Assembly (NCBI GenBank): GCA_016196885.1
Contig: JACPWU010000038.1
Coordinates: forward strand, 1 to 32,000
DNA: 32,000 nucleotides
Direction: 5' to 3'
From: Chlamydiota bacterium
GTDB taxonomy: Bacteria; Auribacterota; JACPWU01
Of the stretch, positions 8,730 to 15,648 are shown in pieces. The notes under the pieces are model-generated. The model worked only from the letters and a program-made list of their open reading frames with translations. It was not told the origin of the DNA and ran no database searches. A program made the position numbers and the translations under genes. How positions within the stretch are numbered: position 1 is the stretch's first letter; each line of letters begins with the position of its first letter.

Positions 8730-8749
8730 TTTTCTATAGGAATCAAAGA

Positions 8750-9529
8750 ATGCTACCACGTTCGTTTCATAAAAATCGCTTTCTTATTTTTGGCCACCGC
8801 GGCTCTCCTCTTCGTGTTTGTGAGAACAGCCTCGAAAGTTTTGAAAAAGCCTTTGAAGAGGGTGCAGACGGCGTGGAATGTGATGTTCGGTTAACGAGCG
8901 ATAAAAAGGTTTTTGTCTTTCACGATGAGAAAATCGAGCGGCTGACAAAGGCAAAAGGGTTTTTCAAAAATCATTCTTCTCAAAATATTCGAAGGCTTTT
9001 TTTGAAAGGTCCCAAACCTCTTCGCATTCCAACTTTGGAGGTCGTGTTAAAAAAAATGGGAAAGAAAGGGCTTTTTTACATTGAGTTGAAAGAAGGAACC
9101 CTGCCTCAGAAATCATGGCCTTTGCTTGCATGGAACACAATGAAAATTGTTCAAAAATATAATTTTTTGAATCGTTCGATGCTGGTTTCTTTTAATCACA
9201 AGCTCATTCGATGGATCAAAGAAAAAGACACTCGATTTTTAACAGGTCTTAATTTTTCAACGGCCGGTGAGCTTCGACAAGCTCGTAAGACAGGCTTTCA
9301 ATACCTTGATTGTCTGTGTCCGAGTATTTCGTGTTTAACCCTTTCCTTGATGAAAGAGGCCCGTGCGCATTCTCTGGATGTGATTGTCTGGGGAGTCAAT
9401 GATGAAAAGGATTTTAGGAAGGCTGTAAAATTAAATGTGAGGGGCGTTGTTTCGGATGATCCCATGAGAATGGTGGAATACCTAGCCCGCTTTTCTCATC
9501 AGATTTCGTCGCGAGAGCGCCAAGTCTGA
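8750..9529 (+). CDS. Glycerophosphodiester phosphodiesterase (GDPD family)
   Basis: FGHRGSP...ENSLESFEKAFEEGADGVECDVRLTSDKKVFVFHD is the canonical GDPD N-terminal motif set. The last ~16 codons lie inside the 9482-9589 inverted repeat. Confidence 0.85.
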   Translation: MLPRSFHKNRFLIFGHRGSPLRVCENSLESFEKAFEEGADGVECDVRLTSDKKVFVFHDEKIERLTKAKGFFKNHSSQNIRRLFLKGPKPLRIPTLEVVLKKMGKKGLFYIELKEGTLPQKSWPLLAWNTMKIVQKYNFLNRSMLVSFNHKLIRWIKEKDTRFLTGLNFSTAGELRQARKTGFQYLDCLCPSISCLTLSLMKEARAHSLDVIVWGVNDEKDFRKAVKLNVRGVVSDDPMRMVEYLARFSHQISSRERQV

Positions 9530-9589
9530 CGACGCAGACGAGTCGGAATTGGCGCTCGCAGAAGAAATGTGATGAGAAATGCGGGCTAG
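9482..9589. terminator. Long inverted repeat between convergent genes (putative bidirectional terminator or repeat element)
   Basis: The ~42-nt arm 9482-9523 faces the ~41-nt arm 9549-9589, imperfectly, for example CTAGCCCGC..TCTCATCA..CGCGAGAGCGCCAA against TTGGCGCTCGC..TGATGAGA..GCGGGCTAG. It sits between the GDPD stop (9529) and the CPBP stop (9597). Confidence 0.6.
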
Positions 9590-9596
9590 CCTTCTT

Positions 9597-10361
9597 TTAA
9601 AACATCCTCGGGGCCGTATACAGCGCAAAGATATTTAAAATTGCATGAGTGAAGAAAGCTGTTTCCAGTCCGTAGCGGTTCATGAGATGTCCGAGGGCGA
9701 GTCCAATCAAAAATGTTTGTGTAAATTTAATTTCCCAGGCGGATAAAATTCCCAAATGGGCCGTGGCAAAGATGAGAGAACTTCCAATGATAGCCATCCA
9801 GACTCCTCCCTTTTTCTTTCTCAAGAGGTAAGCCAAAAAGGTTTGAAGAAAAAGTCTAAAAATACTTTCTTCGTAAAAGGCGACCAGAATAAAAAAAAGG
9901 GCTGAACTGACAGGGATGACTTGAGCGCCCGAATGATTTTCCAACAGTTTGGCCTCTAGTGGAGGGAAGAGCTTAAAGAGGATGTAAGTGAAAGAGCAAA
10001 TGAGGAGAGAATAGAGAAGAATGATTTTCAGACGGGACAAAAGGTTTTGGATTTTCAGACGATGCCTGGCCCGACTCAAAGAAAGGATGACGGGAAGGCT
10101 GGGTCTTTTTAATTTCCGGCACAACATCATCCCCGTCGTGATAGCCAGGGACAGGGTCACGAAATGAAACAGGGCAATCAGCCAATTCTGGGTCCAAAGG
10201 CTTCGAAGAATGAGAACCCCGAGTTCGAGAAGAACAAAGAGAGATGCCGTATTCTTACCGAAATTCCAATAAATTAGGCCGGCTCTTTTGCCTTTCAAGT
10301 AAAAAAAAGCGCTCCCTAAAATCAGGAGGGTGAGCGAGATTTGTAAAAGAGTCGCAAACAT
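9597..10361 (-). CDS. CPBP family intramembrane glutamic endopeptidase (CAAX protease/Abi-like)
   Basis: Polytopic membrane protein with the EExxxR motif (YEESIFRLF), FxxxH (FATAHL) and HxxxN (HAILN). Confidence 0.8.
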   Translation of the reverse strand: MFATLLQISLTLLILGSAFFYLKGKRAGLIYWNFGKNTASLFVLLELGVLILRSLWTQNWLIALFHFVTLSLAITTGMMLCRKLKRPSLPVILSLSRARHRLKIQNLLSRLKIILLYSLLICSFTYILFKLFPPLEAKLLENHSGAQVIPVSSALFFILVAFYEESIFRLFLQTFLAYLLRKKKGGVWMAIIGSSLIFATAHLGILSAWEIKFTQTFLIGLALGHLMNRYGLETAFFTHAILNIFALYTAPRMF

Positions 10362-10371
10362 GTTCCGATGT

Positions 10372-10578
10372 TTAACTTTTCACAAAGTATTCATCAAAGA
10401 ACTGCAAATGTCCACAAGATTTGCATTCGAGGACTTTCATGTGGAAGGTTTTGGCTTTGCTGAGGCGTTTTTCCTTTTCTCCAGAGAGGGAAGTGACTTC
10501 CTTGATCATTTGGTGCTCCCCGCAATTGGAACAGGTAAATGTTTGTGCCATGTTAGGTTTGGACCTTGAGGATGCCAT
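10372..10578 (-). CDS. Single-module Zn-ribbon protein (third copy of the module found in 10553-11161)
   Basis: FTCSNCG ... CKSCGHLQFF. The start is either ATG 10578 or ATG 10551; the latter lies 1 nt after the upstream TAA and gives MAQTFTC, parallel to MADHFTC of module 2. Confidence 0.6.
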   Translation of the reverse strand: MASSRSKPNMAQTFTCSNCGEHQMIKEVTSLSGEKEKRLSKAKTFHMKVLECKSCGHLQFFDEYFVKS

Positions 10579-11161
10579 ATTTAGGTTCCGCTTTTATAGA
10601 TTCAGTGTCAAAAAACGAAGACCAGCCGCAATGATCGCAGCAGAGGCAAACCCATTCCGAGGCCGTTAGCCCCAGGAGATGGCGCCAATCTTTTTTTCGG
10701 ATGGTGACGGACTTGGCAAATCCCTTCTTGCCGTAGCACTCAGGACAGGTGAAATGATCGGCCATATCCATGAATTTCTCATACACGGGTTCATCCAAGG
10801 GCAGAGGATCTAATTCATCGAGTCCCCACCGCCGATTTAAATTATAGAAAGAAGTGAGGCCGCAGTGGGTGCAACTGGCCTTGATAAATTTATGAGGTTT
10901 TTCTCGAGACAATTGGGAATATTCTTTTCCAGAAACAGAGACAATATCGGTGGCTAAATCTTGGAAACCACATTGCGGACATTGAAAGTTTTTGCTCAAA
11001 TGCTCACAGATATTCTCAATCTGGGGCCGCTTTTCCTCAAGAAATTTCTCAATTTTGTGAAGGGGTATGATATTTTGTTCCCGATAACTAAAGTAATCTC
11101 GGTAAATGGCTTCCATCACAAAATAAAGAAGTAGAATGAGAGTGAGTACCATGATTTCCAT
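10553..11161 (-). CDS. Membrane-anchored protein with two Zn-ribbon modules
   Basis: N-terminal hydrophobic helix, then FQCPQCG...CTHCGLTSFY and FTCPECY...CDHCGWSSFF. Each module is CxxC, ~33-37 aa, CxxCG, aromatic-aromatic. The spacing is reminiscent of YgiT/MqsA-type ribbons (resemblance only). Confidence 0.6.
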   Translation of the reverse strand: MEIMVLTLILLLYFVMEAIYRDYFSYREQNIIPLHKIEKFLEEKRPQIENICEHLSKNFQCPQCGFQDLATDIVSVSGKEYSQLSREKPHKFIKASCTHCGLTSFYNLNRRWGLDELDPLPLDEPVYEKFMDMADHFTCPECYGKKGFAKSVTIRKKDWRHLLGLTASEWVCLCCDHCGWSSFFDTESIKAEPKYGILKVQT

Positions 11162-11346
11162 AAAAGCCGCCTCGGCTGCTGAAAAAGGTCACTTTCTACG
11201 TTGCGTGCTGCGCTTCCTTGTCGACGTACCATTCAAATGTATAACTCCTCGGTCGCTTGCACGCGCCTTGAAAATGGCTCTTTTTGATCAGCCGCCTGCT
11301 TTCAAGGTACCACATAAAAGGGGGGAGCGCAATTTTAGGACGCAAT

Positions 11347-11718
11347 ATGATAAAACATAACTCATTTGGAGAAGGAAGCTTACGTAGAATTTTAGGGGGG
11401 GTTATCTTGACAGTGGGCTGGATTCTTTCTCCCCTCACCTGGTGGAATGACTGGCTGGTCAATTTGCCCTTGTCCTGGCTTTTGGCGAACTTTTCCACCT
11501 CCCCTCAGAATCGTCACGTCTTTGGAATGTGGTTTGTTTTCTTTTATTGGCTGAGCAATTTGCTCGGTTTTCTTTTGATGTATGTGGGTTGGCGATTTTT
11601 CTCACTTCAAAAAAGGGTCACAAAAAAAGAGGTGGTCACTTCCTTTTTTGTTTCAGCAGGGGTCACAATTGTGATACTTTTCTTAATAAGAATAGGGTGG
11701 ATTAAACCGATTTTGTAG
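11347..11718 (+). CDS. Small integral membrane protein (hypothetical)
   Basis: The ORF track opens at 11284, but ATG 11347 (MIKHNS...) is the more plausible start. Three to four hydrophobic segments and an SPLTWWNDWLVNLP motif. Confidence 0.55.
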   Translation: MIKHNSFGEGSLRRILGGVILTVGWILSPLTWWNDWLVNLPLSWLLANFSTSPQNRHVFGMWFVFFYWLSNLLGFLLMYVGWRFFSLQKRVTKKEVVTSFFVSAGVTIVILFLIRIGWIKPIL

Positions 11719-11722
11719 GACT

Positions 11723-13057
11723 GTGAGTCTTTCAATGTCTTGCGATCTCTTTGATGTGATCATCGTAGGTGCAGGGCCTGCAGGCATTGCGGCTGCGATG
11801 GTGAGTGCTCGAGCAGGTCTTTCGACGGTGCTTTTAGAAAGGGGCAATTACCCCGGTTCCAAAAATCTTTTCGGCGGCATTCTTTTCACCCCTGAACTGG
11901 AAAAGCTCGTTCCTTCTTTTCTCGAGAAAGCCCCCTTAGAGCGTCACATGAGCCGTCGCCGATTTTCTTTTTTGACGACCGATGGAGAATTGGCGCTCGA
12001 TCTTTGGTCCAACCGTTTTAATCAACCTCCCTTTAACCATTCCTTCACAGTGATGCGATCTAAGTTTGATCGTTGGTTTGCGACCCAGGCTGAAGAAGCG
12101 GGCGTTCAGCTTCTCACGGGGGTGGTCGTGGACGATCTTGTTTGGAAAGATGAAAAGGTGGTAGGCATCAAGGCCCGGGGAGAGAAGGAAGGACAATTTG
12201 ATGAATTGTACGCCTCTCTTGTGATTTGTGCGGAAGGGGCCAATTCTCTCTTGGCTGAAAAATCAGGTTTGAGGTCCGGAAAAAGCAAAATGACACCTCA
12301 AAATCGGACGGTGGCGGTCAAGGAAGTCCTTCGATTGACGAAGGAAAAAATTCAGGACCGATTTAATGTGCGTGAAAAAGAAGGGGTTTCCGTGGTGTAT
12401 CTGGGGGAGGTAGTCAAGGGAGCTTTGGGAACGGGTTTTCTCTACACGTATGAAGATTCCATTTCGGTCGGATTGGGTTGTGAAATGAAGGATCTCATTG
12501 ACCGAAAAATGGCCCCCTATGATCTTTTGGATCACATGAAATCACATCCGGTCATTGCACCTCTCATCGAAGGTGGGGAGGTGATTGAATATTCCACGCA
12601 CATGATTCCGGAAGACAGCTTCAGAAATTTGCCTGAGCTTGCGACGCACGGCCTCATGTTGGTGGGAGACTCGGCGGGTTTAATCAATAACTCTATTTTT
12701 CAAGAAGGGACGAACATGGCGATAGCCTCGGGCCTTTTCGCGGGGGAGACCGCGGTCGAAGCCAAGCAGAAAAAAGATTTTTCTCTTTCAACGTTGTCGC
12801 GGTATCGAGAAAAGTTAGAGAATTCTTTTGTCTTAAAAGACATGCGCCATTATGGTGGTTTCCTGGACATGATGCGCGAGCATCGAGAATATTTGGGATT
12901 GTATCCAGAGTTGACTCTGGAGTTTTTGGTGAATTATTTCACGGTGGATGGACGGTCGAAAAAGGAAATAAAAAAAGAGACTTTTCGAAAATTGAGAAAA
13001 AAAATCAGCATTCCGAAGTTAATCATGGACATGATCCGGGCTCGAAAAATGATTTAA
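11723..13057 (+). CDS. fixC: FAD-dependent electron-transfer-flavoprotein:quinone oxidoreductase FixC-like
   Basis: DVIIVGAGPAGIAAA dinucleotide-binding motif, ~440 aa, followed by a FixX-like ferredoxin gene. The start could be ATG 11735. Confidence 0.8.
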   Translation: MSLSMSCDLFDVIIVGAGPAGIAAAMVSARAGLSTVLLERGNYPGSKNLFGGILFTPELEKLVPSFLEKAPLERHMSRRRFSFLTTDGELALDLWSNRFNQPPFNHSFTVMRSKFDRWFATQAEEAGVQLLTGVVVDDLVWKDEKVVGIKARGEKEGQFDELYASLVICAEGANSLLAEKSGLRSGKSKMTPQNRTVAVKEVLRLTKEKIQDRFNVREKEGVSVVYLGEVVKGALGTGFLYTYEDSISVGLGCEMKDLIDRKMAPYDLLDHMKSHPVIAPLIEGGEVIEYSTHMIPEDSFRNLPELATHGLMLVGDSAGLINNSIFQEGTNMAIASGLFAGETAVEAKQKKDFSLSTLSRYREKLENSFVLKDMRHYGGFLDMMREHREYLGLYPELTLEFLVNYFTVDGRSKKEIKKETFRKLRKKISIPKLIMDMIRARKMI

Positions 13058-13124
13058 CGCTGTGCCGAAAAGATGTGTTGATGTACCAATGTAATAAGGA
13101 ATTTTATATCATTGAGGAGGTCAT

Positions 13125-13406
13125 ATGGCTAAAAAGATATCGCTAGAGGACCGCCTGTTTCTCGTTCAAAGGAATTTTGGCAAGAAAAGTCATATCACGA
13201 TCGATCAAGAGGCGTTTCGAAAAGATCCCGTGAAGCCCATTCTTTTTATTTGCCCTGCTAGAGTTTTCCTTCTCAATGAATCTTCCGGGGAGTGTGTGAT
13301 CAATCACGAAAATTGCCTCGAATGTGGGACCTGCCAAGTCGCAAGTCGCTATGTGAAGTGGACGAATCCCAGCAGCGGGTTTGGGGTGACTTATAAGTAC
13401 AGTTAG
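13125..13406 (+). CDS. fixX: Ferredoxin-like protein FixX
   Basis: 93 aa with CxxCxxC (NCLECGTCQVA) and the typical position downstream of fixC. Confidence 0.8.
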   Translation: MAKKISLEDRLFLVQRNFGKKSHITIDQEAFRKDPVKPILFICPARVFLLNESSGECVINHENCLECGTCQVASRYVKWTNPSSGFGVTYKYS

Positions 13407-13499
13407 AAGACAGAATTGAGAATTCAGAATTCAGAAGACAGAAGAAAACATACCTTACCTATTCTGTCTTCTGAATTCTGAATTCTCAATTCTGTCTTC
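13406..13499. terminator. Perfect 38-bp hairpin made of inverted heptamer arrays (GAAKWCA units), between convergent fixX and exbD
   Basis: 13406-13443 is the exact reverse complement of 13462-13499, with an 18-nt loop. The TTCTNNN array continues to 13524 (9 units), into the exbD 3' coding end. Confidence 0.85.
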
Positions 13500-13913
13500 T
13501 CAATTCTGAATTCTAGCTTCTGGCTCTGTCAACGCTATAACCCGCTTAAACCCTGCCAGTTGAATTTGATCCATGACCTCAATCGCCAGCCCATAGGCGG
13601 CCTTTTTATCGGCTTCCAAAGTGACCATGGGATCCTTCAAACGTGACTTTTCCATTTTAAGTTTTCCGGGAAGTTGAGTAAGAGCAATTTCATCATGGTT
13701 GAGAAAAATTTTTCCATCGGCCGTAATACTGAGCGTGATTTTCTCTTCTTCAATTTTTTGAGATTGATGGCCATGGGGAAGTTCAATTTGAACCGCCGGT
13801 TTTTCGACGAACGTGGTTGTGACCAGAAGGAAAATGATAATGGTAAACATCAAATCAATCAGAGAAGTGATTTGAATGCTCGGTTTTCCTTTAGCACGCG
13901 TTTGAAATTTCAT
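13500..13913 (-). CDS. exbD: Biopolymer transport protein ExbD/TolR
   Basis: 137 aa with an N-terminal TM helix carrying the SLIDLMFTIIIFLL motif, downstream of an ExbB-like gene. Confidence 0.85.
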   Translation of the reverse strand: MKFQTRAKGKPSIQITSLIDLMFTIIIFLLVTTTFVEKPAVQIELPHGHQSQKIEEEKITLSITADGKIFLNHDEIALTQLPGKLKMEKSRLKDPMVTLEADKKAAYGLAIEVMDQIQLAGFKRVIALTEPEARIQN

Positions 13914-13916
13914 AAC

Positions 13917-14555
13917 CTATTCATGATAAATTTTCGCCAAGGTAATTCCTATGCAAGTTTCCATGTCCAGAACCATGTTTTCCACTTTTTTCGTGAAAAA
14001 AGTATGTGCGATCAGCGTTGGAATAGCGATCACGAGTCCTGCGATGGTGGTGACAAGCGCTTTTGAGATGCCTCCGGAGAATTCCTTCGCAAGGCCAATT
14101 CCCTTTGTGGAGATGACGGCGAAGACGTCAAACATGCCCAGTACGGTTCCGAGCAATCCCAAAAGGGGAGCCACGACTGCAATCATTTCAAGGACAAGAA
14201 AGCCGCTTTCCAGGTGGCGGGCCTCAATGCGGCCAGCCAATTCCACGGCCTTTTCATTTTCTTCTTTGGATAAATTTTTTTGGGAAAGTCCTAAGTCCGT
14301 CAGTCGTCCTGTGGGGTTGTTTTTGGAGAGGTCTCGGCTGGGCCGACGTCCGCCTGCCTTAAGGATCCTCTCGATTTCCTCAGGCGTTTTTGAATTTTCA
14401 ACCAGGGTGATGAGGAAACTAGGCACGACATTATTTTTCCTCAAGGAAAAGGCCCTTTCCAAAATAACAGCGAGCGAAAGAATCGAACATCCCAAAAGCG
14501 GGATCATGGTCCAGCCTCCCGAGAGAAGAATTTCAATGAAATGATTTTGCGTCAT
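13917..14555 (-). CDS. exbB: MotA/TolQ/ExbB proton-channel protein
   Basis: 212 aa with three TM segments and the conserved C-terminal LLGLLGTVLGM...ISKALVTTIAGL region. Confidence 0.85.
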   Translation of the reverse strand: MTQNHFIEILLSGGWTMIPLLGCSILSLAVILERAFSLRKNNVVPSFLITLVENSKTPEEIERILKAGGRRPSRDLSKNNPTGRLTDLGLSQKNLSKEENEKAVELAGRIEARHLESGFLVLEMIAVVAPLLGLLGTVLGMFDVFAVISTKGIGLAKEFSGGISKALVTTIAGLVIAIPTLIAHTFFTKKVENMVLDMETCIGITLAKIYHE

Positions 14556-14567
14556 GATTTTGTCCCT

Positions 14568-15551
14568 TTATTTTGTTCCCTTCGTGTAATTAAATTCAAG
14601 CCGGACCCATAATCCGTTGGTGCGAATGTATGAGAGTACTTCTGGAGGAAGTGCTGAAAAAGGTGCACATTTTTCAATGGCCACGATCGGGTATCGCAAA
14701 GAGAGTTCAGGTCCCTCATGTTCGATCACCTGTAACGATTCGATTTTGCCATCGGGCATGATTTTGAAAACGACAACGGTCTTTTTGATTTTATAGAAAG
14801 TCGTATTCGAAAATTCAGGAGAAGAAAAAATCTCTAAATTCCAGACGTGAGAGATTTTTTTGAATTCCTTTGAAATGTATTGAGCGACGACATGAGAGCG
14901 GCTGTTATAGGCCCATTCGGCCAAGATATCTGAGACCGTCTCAATGTTTTTTTGAGCGGGAGAAAAATCTTCGTCATGGCCTCGACTCGACATTTGAACG
15001 TTGTGAGAAGTTGATTTCTGAGACGTCTTTTTTTCTTTTTGCTTTTCTTTGAGAGAAGACTTCTTCAGTTTTTTTGTGATGTGTTTAGGAAGATCAGATT
15101 CCTCTTTCGGTTTTGTCACAGGGGCCGTCTCTTCTTTCTTAGGCTTTTGAAGAGGGTGGGGGAAGACCCGTGAAGCTGTGGATCGGGGCAAACTTCGGTA
15201 TTCCGTGGTCCCGTGTTGATAAGGAAGTCCCTGGGGTAAAGTGGGTTTTGAAATGGGATTTTGAGAGGCGGTATTTTTTTCTGAAATCACAGGAGTGGGA
15301 AGATCACACTTTTTTTCGAGCATCGTTGGGGACGAAGGAATAAATTCCAGGGTGACCTTTTTTTCGGGTTGAACAAAAAGGGGTTGTTTGAACAAGGCGG
15401 TGGAAATTTCTGAACTTTCAACAAAGAAGACAACGCCAGCACTGTGGAGAAATACAGAAAGGAGACAGGCGATGGAAAGTCTTGAAAAATGGCCTCTCGA
15501 TAGGATGATTTTCATGGACTTGATTTTAGAGAAAAATAGGTTTTTATTCAA
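14568..15551 (-). CDS. TonB-family energy transducer-like protein
   Basis: N-terminal anchor, a Pro/Lys-rich linker and a C-terminal beta-rich domain (VVVFKIMPDGKIESLQVIEHEG...). It is the first gene of the exbB-exbD operon. Confidence 0.65.
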   Translation of the reverse strand: MNKNLFFSKIKSMKIILSRGHFSRLSIACLLSVFLHSAGVVFFVESSEISTALFKQPLFVQPEKKVTLEFIPSSPTMLEKKCDLPTPVISEKNTASQNPISKPTLPQGLPYQHGTTEYRSLPRSTASRVFPHPLQKPKKEETAPVTKPKEESDLPKHITKKLKKSSLKEKQKEKKTSQKSTSHNVQMSSRGHDEDFSPAQKNIETVSDILAEWAYNSRSHVVAQYISKEFKKISHVWNLEIFSSPEFSNTTFYKIKKTVVVFKIMPDGKIESLQVIEHEGPELSLRYPIVAIEKCAPFSALPPEVLSYIRTNGLWVRLEFNYTKGTK

Positions 15552-15601
15552 TTGAGAAACCTATTTCGAGCTTGGTGAGGTGTACAAAATTGGCATTTGT
15601 C

Positions 15602-15631
15602 TTGACGTCTTATCCTAGAAGACGTTAGAAT
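15602..15631 (+). promoter_or_regulatory. Candidate sigma70 promoter with an embedded inverted repeat
   Basis: TTGACG (15602-15607), an 18-nt spacer, then TAGAAT (15626-15631). The spacer contains ACGTCTT-N7-AAGACGT. Confidence 0.45.
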
Positions 15632-15648
15632 TTTCGAAAGAGAGAGTA

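Noticed and set aside
8544-8759. A 71-aa minus-strand ORF in the glpK-GDPD spacer
   Set aside because: It coincides exactly with the large palindrome, is Arg/Ser-rich and of low complexity, and has no RBS. It is most likely non-coding.
10551-10578. A programmed or accidental frameshift joining the 202-aa and 68-aa Zn-ribbon ORFs into one three-module protein
   Set aside because: It is plausible in evolutionary terms. However, the junction reads as an ordinary TAA-C-ATG restart and there is no slippery heptamer. I kept them as two genes and noted the alternative in the findings.
13951-14544. A 197-aa plus-strand ORF antisense to exbB, and similar long antisense ORFs (7250-7864+, 7596-8069-, 16255-16776-, 20407-20823-, 22571-23098-, 29015-29428-)
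   Set aside because: Each lies fully inside a confidently identified gene on the other strand or frame. Their compositions are skewed (Arg/Ser/Pro-rich) and show no recognisable motifs. They are shadow ORFs.
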